Both the position numbers and the translations under genes were made by a program. 64,000 nt of DNA, from assembly GCA_050015395.1 (NCBI GenBank), contig JBEKBM010000002.1, positions 32,001 to 96,000 of the forward strand, read 5' to 3'. Origin of the DNA: Candidatus Bathyarchaeia archaeon (GTDB taxonomy: Archaea > Thermoproteota > Bathyarchaeia > Bathyarchaeales > Bathycorpusculaceae). How positions within the stretch are numbered: position 1 is the stretch's first letter; every line of letters starts with the position of its first letter. The notes below the pieces were generated by a model. It searched no databases. It saw only the letters and a list, made by a program, of their open reading frames with translations, and was not told the DNA's origin. Shown piece after piece: positions 1-9,639 of this stretch.

Positions 1-511
1 TAAGGCTAAGGCACCTAAAACATTGAACTTTGGCATTTACATGTGCAGTACTTCACGATATAAGCAGATGCAACAGGGTGAAGCTGCGGTTAGTGATGTT
101 TCAGGCGACACATTGACTGATTTGCTAAGAAACGCTGGACAAAACGTCCTGTTCAAAAAAATAATTGCAGACGATAAAGTCATGATTTCTGATGCAGTTC
201 AGCAAGCCCTAAACACGCCCGATTTGGACGTTGCCATCTTTTCCGGTGGCACAGGAATCACGCCGACAGATGTTACGATTGAAACGGTTTCGCCTTTCTT
301 TGAGAAAACCCTGCCGGGTTTCGGCGAGTTTTTTAGGCGCATAAGCTTTGACCGTGTTGGCTCTGCCGCGGTTTTGTCCCGTGCCGTAGCTGGGGTAGCT
401 AAGGGCAAAGCATTGTTTTGTATCCCAGGTTCCCCTGATGCTGTGCATGTTGCGGTAGAAATGCTTATTTTGCCCGAGTCTCCACACATCGTTAAGCACG
501 CGCGGGAATAA
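1..511 (+). CDS. moaB: Molybdopterin adenylyltransferase/MoaB-MogA family protein (start may lie upstream of window)
   Basis: SGGTGITPTDVT and FCIPGSPDAV motifs; directly upstream of moaA. Confidence 0.9.
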   Translation, partial: KAKAPKTLNFGIYMCSTSRYKQMQQGEAAVSDVSGDTLTDLLRNAGQNVLFKKIIADDKVMISDAVQQALNTPDLDVAIFSGGTGITPTDVTIETVSPFFEKTLPGFGEFFRRISFDRVGSAAVLSRAVAGVAKGKALFCIPGSPDAVHVAVEMLILPESPHIVKHARE

Positions 512-514
512 CGA

Positions 515-1447
515 ATGAGTTTAACAGACAACTGTGGCAGACCTCTACTTAACCTGCGGATATCGATTACCCAGCGATGCAACATTCACTGTGTATACTG
601 CCACAGAGAAGGCGAAGTAAAACGCGCAAACCGTTCCGCAGAAAAAATGTCAGTTCAAGAAATAGTCCGGATAGCCAAAATAGCCGTTAGCTTAGGCATT
701 GCACGCATAAAATTAACGGGCGGAGAACCACTCATGCGCCAAGACCTCCCAGAAATCATCTCAGGCATAGCCTCGGTGCCTGGCTTGAAGGATTTGTCGT
801 TAACAACTAACGGTCTTTTGCTTGGCGACATGGCGAAGAAGCTGCATGAGCGGGGGTTGAAGCGCATCAACATTAGTTTGCCATCTTTGAATGAGGAAAC
901 GTATCGCAAGCTAACAGGCGGAAAACTCCAAGACGCACTGGCAGGAGTAAAAGCCGCCATTGAAGCGGGTTTCTGCCCGGTAAAACTCAACATGGTTATC
1001 CTAAAAGACGTAAACGTGAGCGATGTTCCAGATATGATAGAGTACGCGCGGCAAACTGGCGTGGTGCTGCAACTCATAGAGCTTGACCCCATAAACGTCA
1101 GCAACACCTACTACACGACGCACCACCGCAGCCTAGATGAGCAGGAAGAAATGTTGCGCGAGAAGGCTGTTACGATTGAGAAAAGACCATTTATGCATAA
1201 CCGCCTCATCTACCACTTGCCAAACGTAACCGTTGAAGTCGTGCATCCAATTGAGAACAGCGACTTTTGCGTGCACTGCACACGAATCCGCGTCACAAGC
1301 GACGGCAAACTAAAACCCTGCCTGATGAGAAACGACAACCTAACAGACATACTAACGTCTATACGACAAGGAGCAAACGACCAACAACTAAAGGAATTAT
1401 TCGTAAAAGCTAACCTGCTAAGAGAACCATACAACAAAAGCAGTTAA
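515..1447 (+). CDS. moaA: GTP 3',8-cyclase (radical SAM)
   Basis: LRISITQRCNIHCVYC, LTGGEP, C-terminal FCVHCTRIRVTSDGKLKPCL. Confidence 0.95.
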   Translation: MSLTDNCGRPLLNLRISITQRCNIHCVYCHREGEVKRANRSAEKMSVQEIVRIAKIAVSLGIARIKLTGGEPLMRQDLPEIISGIASVPGLKDLSLTTNGLLLGDMAKKLHERGLKRINISLPSLNEETYRKLTGGKLQDALAGVKAAIEAGFCPVKLNMVILKDVNVSDVPDMIEYARQTGVVLQLIELDPINVSNTYYTTHHRSLDEQEEMLREKAVTIEKRPFMHNRLIYHLPNVTVEVVHPIENSDFCVHCTRIRVTSDGKLKPCLMRNDNLTDILTSIRQGANDQQLKELFVKANLLREPYNKSS

Positions 1448-1562
1448 AGCCTGTGTTTGAAAATGTGACTAAAATGGCTAGGGTTAAAATTTTTCCGAAA
1501 ACGGAAGTAAACCCTACCCAACACCTTTTTTCAAAATATTTACGCAAAAAAACTAGGTAATA

Positions 1563-1614
1563 CTTCTATAAGTTAGTTTGATAAATCTCTTCTATAAGTT
1601 AGTTTGATAAATCT
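1563..1614. repeat. Exact 26-bp tandem duplication (cttctataagttagtttgataaatct x2)
   Basis: Copies at 1563-1588 and 1589-1614. Confidence 0.95.
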
Positions 1615-1636
1615 TTTATTTGTAAAGGAGACATAG

Positions 1637-1780
1637 GTGATTTTCCCGAGAGAGAGAAGGAAAAATGAGTTGTATTCTGCAAACAAACGTCTACTTCTCG
1701 TCAAGCTGGCTGTTGACTTATCACAGCTGGGTTTTGAGACTGAAATAGACTACAAAAAATGCAAAATATTGATAGTATAA
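1637..1780 (+). CDS. Putative 47-aa small protein (MIFPRERRKNELYSANKRLLLVKLAVDLSQLGFETEIDYKKCKILIV)
   Basis: GTG start preceded by SD-like AAGGAG; open frame to TAA; below the ORF-track length cut-off. Confidence 0.45.
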   Translation: MIFPRERRKNELYSANKRLLLVKLAVDLSQLGFETEIDYKKCKILIV

Positions 1781-1876
1781 TGCAGCGGGTTCCTTTGTTT
1801 TCTAAAGGAGCCTACCACAATGTAGTGGCTATTAGAGGAGGGTTTAGTCTTCTCCGAGCACCAAAACGCTTGAGGT

Positions 1877-2374
1877 TTATAGTTCTATTATTTTTGCTTC
1901 CTGCTTAATTGTGTCTAATATGGCTATTGTGGATTTTCCTGTCAGGTACCCGCAGAGTTCACCTGGGTTGATGGCAAGGGTTTTTCCTTTGTTCTCAATG
2001 CTTTTGTTGTGTGAGTGACCATGAATTACAGCGTTGAAGTATCCGCTGTCTATTATCGCATTCAGCAGTTCCGTTTCTTCTCCATGCAGTACCGCGATTC
2101 TGTAGCCTTCCACTTCCACTGCGGCGAATCGGTCGTGGATTGTGCAATTGGTGGTTTCGCTGAACCGTTTCTTTAAAAGTTCGTGGTCTCCGTCATTATT
2201 GCCGAACACGCCGATTAGTTTGCAGTTTAGTTGTTTGAATTTTGGGATAACAAAACCTGCAACGTAGTCTCCTGCGTGAAGAACTAAGCCTACTTTTTGG
2301 TCATTTAGGTATTTCACAGCTTTTTCTACAAGAGGCAAATTATCATGCGTGTCCGCTATTACGCCTATCAACAT
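1877..2374 (-). CDS. Metallophosphoesterase, YfcE/MJ0936 family
   Basis: DTH, HAGD, GNND, HG, GHSH, NPG calcineurin-like motifs. Confidence 0.92.
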   Translation of the reverse strand: MLIGVIADTHDNLPLVEKAVKYLNDQKVGLVLHAGDYVAGFVIPKFKQLNCKLIGVFGNNDGDHELLKKRFSETTNCTIHDRFAAVEVEGYRIAVLHGEETELLNAIIDSGYFNAVIHGHSHNKSIENKGKTLAINPGELCGYLTGKSTIAILDTIKQEAKIIEL

Positions 2375-2512
2375 GTTTGTTTCACATTTGTTGTTTTTCT
2401 CGCTGAGCAATAAAGGTTTTCTGTGCTTTTTTTTGTCCTCAGCATGCAGTGGTGTTACTAAAGACTTAAAAGTTAATTGATAAGATATGCTATATAGAAG
2501 TGAAAGGAGATT

Positions 2513-2869
2513 TTAAGCGCTAAATCTAAAAGAAGAGATACAATGAGCATAATGGCGCAAATTCTCGAAATAACTAAAGAAGGCACACTAAAGACACAGA
2601 TAATGTATAAAGCAAATTTAAGCTTCACCCAACTCAATGATTACCTTCAATTCATGTTAAAAAGCAATCTAATCACCCACAAAACCCGTGAAGGCAGAGA
2701 AGTTTACATCATTACGCTAAAAGGCATCAATTTTCTTCAAATGCACAACGAATTACTTCAACTACTAAAAACGGAAATCAATAGCCCGAAAGTTAAGATT
2801 TCGCCAAAAAATCGCTTAAAACCTAAGACTTATTCTAGAAACGTTCAAGCACCAACGGCAGTTCACTAA
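2513..2869 (+). CDS. Winged-helix DNA-binding protein (archaeal HTH_45-type); true start uncertain, first ATG at 2543
   Basis: KRRD..IMAQILE..LKTQIMYKANLS pattern; SD AAGGAG at 2504-2509. Confidence 0.8.
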   Translation, partial: LSAKSKRRDTMSIMAQILEITKEGTLKTQIMYKANLSFTQLNDYLQFMLKSNLITHKTREGREVYIITLKGINFLQMHNELLQLLKTEINSPKVKISPKNRLKPKTYSRNVQAPTAVH

Positions 2870-3557
2870 GGCTCTTAATAGTCTGGTCCGGACGAACATG
2901 CTCAACTTTCTCGACACGTCTTTCAATATATACGGCTTTCATACCAACCGCTTTTGCCCCCTCAATGTCCGCATCTAAGGTGTCGCCGACAAAAACTGTT
3001 TCAAATGCAGAAACACCAAGCGCCTTTAAAGCGCATTTGAAGATTTCCGGGCTAGGTTTGCGCTTGTTAACTGCTCCAGAAACCACAATCGCATCGAACA
3101 GTTTATCTAAATCATGGGTTTTGAGAAGTTTGTGCACGCATTCGGGAATTGCAAAATTGGAAATTATGCCCAGCTTATATTTCCCATGCAAAGTACGCAA
3201 AAGCTTCTCGGTATTTTCGTCTAAATAAACAAAAGTCATGAATTCCTCGCAAAACTCAGCCGTTGCAGCAGCCACAATGGGACTAGAAACATCATAGTTA
3301 TAGCCTAAACTTTTCAATGTTTCAGAAACCCGAACGTTGAAGTGTGGCTCCTCTAAATTCGCATCTGCTTTAGCGTAGAGGTCGTCTCGGGCTTTGATGT
3401 ATGCTTTTTGGAATGTGTCAAAGGAAACGTTTATGCCGTTTTTATTTAGGTACCTGTACATTCTCATTAATGATGGGCTGTAAAACTCGTGGTTTTTCCT
3501 GATCATCATGAGAGTATCGAACATGTCAAATAGAACTGCTTTAGTCGGCATCGGCAT
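2835..3557 (-). CDS. HAD-superfamily hydrolase
   Basis: FDMFDTL motif I, ISN, KP, VGDTLDADI. Confidence 0.9.
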   Translation of the reverse strand: MPMPTKAVLFDMFDTLMMIRKNHEFYSPSLMRMYRYLNKNGINVSFDTFQKAYIKARDDLYAKADANLEEPHFNVRVSETLKSLGYNYDVSSPIVAAATAEFCEEFMTFVYLDENTEKLLRTLHGKYKLGIISNFAIPECVHKLLKTHDLDKLFDAIVVSGAVNKRKPSPEIFKCALKALGVSAFETVFVGDTLDADIEGAKAVGMKAVYIERRVEKVEHVRPDQTIKSLSELPLVLERF

Positions 3558-3790
3558 TTTCCTAACACTAAACTTTATCAAGCCTTAAAATTCTTATCGC
3601 AATCTAAAACATTTTTTCTCGTCTGGTTATCCTGACTTTTGTTTTACTGTTTAGCCCAAGATTTTAAGCAATGCCTATCAAAAGCTTGCAAGTCATTAAG
3701 AACTTAATGCTTTTGGCCCAAAAGTATTACCAGATGGTTGGAAAGTATAAATAATTGTGGAACCAATTATTATTCGGTGACGGACGAAGA

Positions 3791-4042
3791 ATGCCTACAA
3801 AAAATGTTGGGCCAAAAGGACAAATTGTAATTCCTAAGCGAATGAGGGAGGCCCTTGGATTAAGGCCAGGTGTCGAAGTAACGCTCGAATTGCGCGATCA
3901 AGAAATAATTATTAAAAAACCACAAGTTAGAGGCAGCTACACTGAATACTTCATAACTACTTCTTCTCCAAAACTAAAGAAACGAATAAACATAAAAGAG
4001 TTATTAAATCAAGAAGTCGAAGAAAGAAATGCCCTACATTGA
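3791..4042 (+). CDS. vapB: AbrB/MazE-type antitoxin (VapB)
   Basis: VGPKGQIVIPKRMREALGLRPG swapped-hairpin motif; overlaps PIN gene. Confidence 0.88.
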   Translation: MPTKNVGPKGQIVIPKRMREALGLRPGVEVTLELRDQEIIIKKPQVRGSYTEYFITTSSPKLKKRINIKELLNQEVEERNALH

Positions 4043-4439
4043 TGCAAATGTTTTCATTTACCCGATATTATACACAGAAGAACAAGAACCCAAGGTTAAG
4101 CACGCTAAACAAATATTGCTGAGCATAGAAAAAGGCGAATTATCAGCATACACATCAACACTGACGTGGGATGAAGTTGTTTGGATAACAAGGAAGGCAA
4201 TGGGCAGAGATGAGGCAATAAGCCAGGGTCAAAAGTTACTTGGTTTTTTAAACTTGCAATGGATACTTGTAGACGAACATATTCTAAGCCAAGCCCAAGC
4301 TTTAATGAATAAATACAATTTGCATCCTCGCGATTCCATACATGTTGCTTCAGCGATTGACAGAAAAATCAATTTAATCATCAGCGATGATCTGGATATC
4401 GACCAAGTTAAAGAAATTAAAAGAACTCCACTACTTTGA
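4029..4439 (+). CDS. vapC: PIN-domain toxin (VapC)
   Basis: YIDANVFIY, DE, RDSIHVASA, SDD acidic PIN motifs. Confidence 0.9.
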   Translation: MPYIDANVFIYPILYTEEQEPKVKHAKQILLSIEKGELSAYTSTLTWDEVVWITRKAMGRDEAISQGQKLLGFLNLQWILVDEHILSQAQALMNKYNLHPRDSIHVASAIDRKINLIISDDLDIDQVKEIKRTPLL

Positions 4440-4466
4440 GTCAAAGGACGCTACAAATGGCATTAG

Positions 4467-4646
4467 TTATTTGTCCCAGAATTCTCTCGTACGCAAATAC
4501 TGAATCTTCGCCTTCAGCAAATCCATGTAAAACTGTTCCTCTTGGGGATGCATCTTCCCCAAAATCCTGGAAGCCGTTTCAGGACCAACACCTTTCACCT
4601 GCAACGCTCTGACCGCCTGTTTACCATACCTCAAAATCAAGTTAAA
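4467..4646 (-). pseudogene. Isolated 3' fragment resembling the C-terminus of an archaeal Lhr-type DEAD/H helicase
   Basis: Minus-strand translation LILRYGKQAVRALQVKGVGPETASRILGKMHPQEEQFYMDLLKAKIQYLRTREFWDK*; in-frame stop immediately upstream. Confidence 0.7.
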
Positions 4647-4837
4647 TTAGGCTGATTTGCCCTGAAATACATTTGAATGTGTATTCTATTATTCCTGTTT
4701 CTTTTGTATCAAATTAACAAAAAGGTTCATTCTGTTTCTCAACAAGGTTAATATGACTTGAGCTCTAAGGAAGATATAACGAAGAGTTGAACCTATAGTT
4801 AGCATAAACTTGACAAGTTATCGGTTGGTGGGGGAAG

Positions 4838-5137
4838 TTGAACTTAAAACTCTACGCAGTCAAGAGGGGGAATCAAAGACTTGACAGTTGCATCAAACTG
4901 GTCGTAGTTGACTTAGACAAAGGCAAACGTTACCCATTAAACTTCGTCTGCGTTCTGCCTCAATACCTCCGCTTACTTGAAAAACGTTCAAGCAACTTTG
5001 CTAAAATTTTTGGCGGAAAAAGCCTTCCTGTAGCAAAAGACCTTTTGGTTGAAGCAAAGCACAGGGAAGAAGACCCTGACGTCCAAAAAGTCATCAATAA
5101 ACGAATAAAAGACATCGACTCGGAACAGACTGTTTAG
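4838..5137 (+). CDS. Hypothetical protein, 99 aa
   Basis: Open frame with G-rich SD-like leader; no recognised motif. Confidence 0.65.
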   Translation: MNLKLYAVKRGNQRLDSCIKLVVVDLDKGKRYPLNFVCVLPQYLRLLEKRSSNFAKIFGGKSLPVAKDLLVEAKHREEDPDVQKVINKRIKDIDSEQTV

Positions 5138-5171
5138 AAAATAGCAATTAAGCAAAATTCTCTTTTACAAA

Positions 5172-6386
5172 TTACCGTTTAGATGAAGAGATAAGAAGCG
5201 AAATAAGGTAGTCATGTTCCACTAGACCGAATGCCCCATTTCTTGCAGAAAACTCATCAAACTTTTTAACGCCGTCAGGCTTCAAAAACGGCGATTTAAT
5301 AGCGAAAGGCACGGGGTCTCTTGAATGCGTTCCGATCCTAATTGGCGTGGGATGATCAGGCGATATCGCAATCGCATAAGGCTCCGTTAAGCCGTCGAGA
5401 ATTCTGCCTAGCAGCCTCTTGTCTAAGTCCTCAATCGTTTTAACTTTTAGCGCGTAATTCCTAACGTGCCCCGCTTCGTCAGGTGCCTCAACATGAACAA
5501 AAACCAAATCATTATCCTCAAGAGCTTTCAGCGCAGCATCTGCTTTGCCCTCATAGTTAGTATTATACAAACCCGTTGCTCCGGGAACGTTGATTATTTC
5601 CATTCCGGCGTAAGTGCCGATTCCCTTCACCAAATCAACCGCAGATATGACTGCAGCTTTCAAACCGTACTTTTCTCTCAACGTCGGCATAGACGGTTTT
5701 TTGCCGCCTCCCCACGGCCAAATCAGGTTGCCAGGTCTCTTGCCTGCTTTTTCACGGGCAATGTTTACGGGGTGAGTCCGCAGAATGCCTCCGGAACGAT
5801 TAATTAGCTCTCTGAGCAATCGTGCTGTTTTTTCGGCTTCTGCCGACTTGGCTTTTGGTAACACCGCTGAAACATTTACTCCGATAGCGTCATGCGGTGG
5901 GGTGCATTGGATAAGCTCTGGCTTTGGGATGTTTCGCAGTATCAGAAAGTGCCTGTAGTCAAGGCCTGGATAGAATTCGATTTTGCCTAATTTTCCAAAC
6001 GCTTTATTTATCGATGCTATTAATTTGCTTGATTCTTCAGTTGTTATGTGACCCGCGGAATAATCAACGATAACTCCATCCTTCTCTGTTATCAAATTAC
6101 ACCTGTACGCTGCATCATTTTCCCCTAGCCTTATGCCTCTGGAAGGCGCTTCAAGCGGACCTCTGCCCGTGCAATACTTTCTTGGATCGTACCCCAGCAG
6201 TGAACATATCGCAGTTTCTGAGCCTGGGCTTAACTCGTCAGGAACTGTTTTGATGAGGCCGCTTTGGCCTTTGGCTGCTATTGAATCCATGTTTGGTTTG
6301 TATGCTGCTTGAAGAGGAGTCTTGTTTCCCAATTCAGGAACAGGGTAATCAGCCATTCCATCTCCAACAACGAGTATGTACTTCAT
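5172..6386 (-). CDS. apgM: Cofactor-independent phosphoglycerate mutase (ApgM family)
   Basis: GDGMAD, PGSETA, HVEAPDEAGH, PDHPTP, THSRDPVP. Confidence 0.9.
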   Translation of the reverse strand: MKYILVVGDGMADYPVPELGNKTPLQAAYKPNMDSIAAKGQSGLIKTVPDELSPGSETAICSLLGYDPRKYCTGRGPLEAPSRGIRLGENDAAYRCNLITEKDGVIVDYSAGHITTEESSKLIASINKAFGKLGKIEFYPGLDYRHFLILRNIPKPELIQCTPPHDAIGVNVSAVLPKAKSAEAEKTARLLRELINRSGGILRTHPVNIAREKAGKRPGNLIWPWGGGKKPSMPTLREKYGLKAAVISAVDLVKGIGTYAGMEIINVPGATGLYNTNYEGKADAALKALEDNDLVFVHVEAPDEAGHVRNYALKVKTIEDLDKRLLGRILDGLTEPYAIAISPDHPTPIRIGTHSRDPVPFAIKSPFLKPDGVKKFDEFSARNGAFGLVEHDYLISLLISSSKR

Positions 6387-6640
6387 TTAATCAGCTCCAG
6401 AGTAGCCTTTTGTACAATTATACCAGCCTTAAACCTATGTTTGCCTTTTCATTGCTTCTCAAGATATGGCAACCGTATATTTATCTACTTACATCAATTT
6501 TTTTAAACATAGCCTCATCCTTGAAAGAATGTTAGGTGAGTTGTGATTGTTAACGCAACGGTAACAACCATATTTAAGAATTTAAGGAGTTAATTTCTAA
6601 GCAGGAGATTTTATTCCTGAACGTTTAAAAGGAAACGCGG

Positions 6641-7243
6641 CTAAAATTTGTGGCTGCTTTCTGTTGTGGCTTTTAGGATCTCGTCTGTGGTCCTTAGCAG
6701 TCCGATTCTTGGAAAAATGTATTTTAGGGTTGCTTCATGCTCGTCTTTGCTGTTTGTGGCCATTGCGTCTATGGCGAAGACTTGGTTGTATCCGCGTTGA
6801 TATGCGTCTCTGGCAGTTGTCTCCACGCTTATGTTGGTTGAAACTCCGCATAGGACAATGGTTTCTATTTTTCTGCGTCTTAGTTGCAAATCAAGTTCGG
6901 TTCCGTAAAAAGCACCCCACTGCCTTTTCGCTATAACTATGTCCTTGTCCGTGGGCTTTATTTCTTCCACAAAGTCTGTCCAATCTGCAGGTCTCGGGCT
7001 TGAACTCCACTGAACCTGCTGATCGGTCACGGGATGCAGCGTGTCTCTTCCATCGATTGATGTCACATGTACTAAGAAAACAGGCATTCCAGCAACCCTA
7101 AACTTCGTGACAAGCTTTGAGACGTTTGCGACAACTTGGCTTGCAGTGTTAGGCTCAAGTTTTCTGTCGAGTGCAACTATGCCCTTTTGCACATCTATAA
7201 CAACCAACGCTGTCTTGTTCGAATCTATTTTCAAATCAACCAT
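6641..7243 (-). CDS. Isochorismatase/cysteine-hydrolase family protein
   Basis: ALVVIDVQKG, KRQWGAFYGT, GVSTNISVETTARDA. Confidence 0.88.
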   Translation of the reverse strand: MVDLKIDSNKTALVVIDVQKGIVALDRKLEPNTASQVVANVSKLVTKFRVAGMPVFLVHVTSIDGRDTLHPVTDQQVQWSSSPRPADWTDFVEEIKPTDKDIVIAKRQWGAFYGTELDLQLRRRKIETIVLCGVSTNISVETTARDAYQRGYNQVFAIDAMATNSKDEHEATLKYIFPRIGLLRTTDEILKATTESSHKF

Positions 7244-7742
7244 GCCAATCACTCCATTGAATGATATAAAATGATTCTTATATGGATTTTTTATCCCGGT
7301 CGTCCAACAACATACGAAGATAAATGGGTTGTAAAAGCAGCCAAAAACGGGGGAAGAGGCGACTGAACTCATTGAGGTTGGCTTTGAATATCAAGTGGAA
7401 ATTTATGAGTTCAAACTCTTTAGAAAACGCAAATAAGTTGGTGCGCTGTCCTATAATTTTGGACGATGAGGAAATCGAGGTACGAAGACGCTTAAGGCGA
7501 ATGACATCTTTTTCCGCTACCGAGTCCATAAACATCTAATTTCAATCGGCAGGCTCATGGTTCGTTACTGCGCATTCGAGCGGCTTGGGCCTGTATTTTC
7601 TGCTACAACATACAAATCTATCTTGCGTTCTAAGTTTCCCACTTTGGTTTACGGCAAAATGAAAAAGGAAGGATGTAGAAATTATTTTTTAGTTAAAAAT
7701 AAGATTTCAATAAAGAAAGGAGGCTGGAGAGTAGGCTATTAT

Positions 7743-7967
7743 TTAGAAAGGCTCTTTTTTCCCGGTCATATACGCCCAAGCACCGACTAGCACAACTGTT
7801 AGGCATGCACCAGCAAATCCCGAAATCAGGTAGCTTGTCGCACCGCCGAGCAACGGCAAAACTGCAACCATCCATGGGATAATAAAGACTGCTGTGATTT
7901 GTACTATAATGCCTGCTACGAAACCTAAAATAGCTATTACACCGAATATTTTCAATCTACTATTCAT
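7743..7967 (-). CDS. Small two-TM membrane protein, divergent from the cdv cluster
   Basis: Two hydrophobic helices; SD GGTGA upstream. Confidence 0.7.
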   Translation of the reverse strand: MNSRLKIFGVIAILGFVAGIIVQITAVFIIPWMVAVLPLLGGATSYLISGFAGACLTVVLVGAWAYMTGKKEPF

Positions 7968-8102
7968 TCAATCACCTTTTTGTTTTTAGCATTACTTGGC
8001 GCTTCTTTTTAGTCTAACTTACACATTTCTGTCTAAACGGTTTAGCGCTTACATCGCCTTTAACTCTTCCATTTAAAGCCTAAAGCAACTTTTTACGCGA
8101 CA

Positions 8103-8120
8103 TATAGCTGTACAGCTATA
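8103..8120. promoter_or_regulatory. Perfect 18-bp palindrome TATAGCTGTACAGCTATA upstream of the cdv cluster
   Basis: Exact reverse-complement symmetry; ~25 nt downstream of TTTAAA (8073-8078). Confidence 0.6.
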
Positions 8121-8192
8121 CGTGCATATCTCCATCATATTAACAATGCATAAGATTGTTCTCTGCATTTCTCTCTTCAGAGGTAATCGAAA

Positions 8193-8858
8193 TTGTCAGA
8201 AAGTTTTGCAAAAAAGTGGGAAAGTAAACGGGAAGATGAACCATTCTCAAACCGCATTAAAGACGCTGTAAAACCACCAGGACCATTGAAGCCACGACTA
8301 GACTTCGCCGTCAGGCGCATTGATCTTCAAGTACAGAAGCTTGATCAAGCCACGGACCGATTCAGCCAAAGAGACAAAGCAATCTTCGCTAGAATAGTTG
8401 ACGCTTATGCAAAGCATGACAGCGCACGCGCAAATGTATTCGCCAACGAGTTAGCTGAAGTTCGAAAAATGTCAAAGTTAATAATGAATGCTAAACTTGC
8501 ACTTGAACAAATTACATTAAGGTTACGAACAGTATCAGAACTAGGCGACGTAGTATCAACCTTAGGCCCAGCCGTAGGAGTTCTACGTTCAGTCAAAGCA
8601 GGCTTAGTGAGCGTGTTTCCAGAAGCAGAGAGCGAACTGGGCGAAATTGGAAACATGTTAAGCGGAATCATGATCGAAGCAGGCCAAGGTTCAGGAATGA
8701 CACTAAACTTTGACACAGTAAACGAGGACGCATCAAAGATTCTCACAGAAGCAGCAACAGTTGCAGAGCAGAAGATAAAGGACAAGTTCCCAGATCTGCC
8801 CCCAGGAATGCCATCAACCCCAGCCTCACAAACAGAAAAATCAACACAGAGTTTCTAA
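8193..8858 (+). CDS. ESCRT-III/Snf7 family protein (CdvB1/B2-like)
   Basis: Snf7-like helical core (ANELAEVRKMSK..LALEQITLRLRTV), C-terminal FPDLP. Confidence 0.9.
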   Translation: MSESFAKKWESKREDEPFSNRIKDAVKPPGPLKPRLDFAVRRIDLQVQKLDQATDRFSQRDKAIFARIVDAYAKHDSARANVFANELAEVRKMSKLIMNAKLALEQITLRLRTVSELGDVVSTLGPAVGVLRSVKAGLVSVFPEAESELGEIGNMLSGIMIEAGQGSGMTLNFDTVNEDASKILTEAATVAEQKIKDKFPDLPPGMPSTPASQTEKSTQSF

Positions 8859-8879
8859 AATAGGAGGAAAACAACAAAC

Positions 8880-9593
8880 ATGTCTAACTCCAATCTTTTT
8901 CTTTATATTGGTAAACCTATTAAAAACGAGTATGGTCGTATAATTGGTAAAGTTGCATCTTTCGCATTAACACCGAGCGGAAAATTTGACGCTGTATTCG
9001 TCGAATTTGGAGACGGTCAATTCACAAAACAGCCCATGGAAACCTTGAAATTTAATGGTGCTGAAGTCACATTCATATCAAAAATTAAAAACCAAGCAAG
9101 TATCCTTTGTGACCAGATCCCTTTCATATGGCGTAAAGACCAGGCTCTAAAAGATCTAAATGACAAAAGAAAAATCTCGCCAGACCTCTATCAGGAACTT
9201 CACAATAGTTTCACTAGCGTTTTAACTCAACTAAAGAAGGACGCCCAAATCATTGTCGACGAAGCTGCCATAGAAATAGAACGATGCCAAGAAGAAATAT
9301 CATCGCTTAGCTATGCCATTGCTAACCTTGAAATTGAACACGAAATAGGCAAAGTGGACGAAGAAAACTACAAGAACGCTTTTGCACTTCTGCAAGAAAC
9401 ACTGAAACGTGCCACTTTAGAAAAAACCGATTTCGAGCTGACAAAAAGCAAAGTCTCAAACGTACTGCTAGGCGATTCGCAAGACACCACACAGAGAACG
9501 AAAACTTACGCTGAACAAGTAAGTGTTGCCCAGAAACTGCCCGAGCCTCCAGTGGTTGTCTACGTTAAAGAGATCGCGAAAGCTGGCATATAA
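8880..9593 (+). CDS. cdvA: Cell-division protein CdvA
   Basis: N-terminal PRC-barrel-like IGKPIKNEYGRIIGKV, coiled coil, C-terminal PVVVYV ESCRT-III-binding strand; cdv synteny. Confidence 0.85.
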   Translation: MSNSNLFLYIGKPIKNEYGRIIGKVASFALTPSGKFDAVFVEFGDGQFTKQPMETLKFNGAEVTFISKIKNQASILCDQIPFIWRKDQALKDLNDKRKISPDLYQELHNSFTSVLTQLKKDAQIIVDEAAIEIERCQEEISSLSYAIANLEIEHEIGKVDEENYKNAFALLQETLKRATLEKTDFELTKSKVSNVLLGDSQDTTQRTKTYAEQVSVAQKLPEPPVVVYVKEIAKAGI

Positions 9594-9639
9594 TAATAGC
9601 CAAACAAAGTGAAAATATCGTTCTGTGGAGGGATAAGAC

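Noticed and set aside
199-1437. Antisense ORFs over moaB/moaA, and similar shadow ORFs throughout the track
   Set aside because: Fully overlap confident genes and lack motifs
1563-1614. Mini-CRISPR
   Set aside because: Two adjacent copies with no spacer and no cas genes
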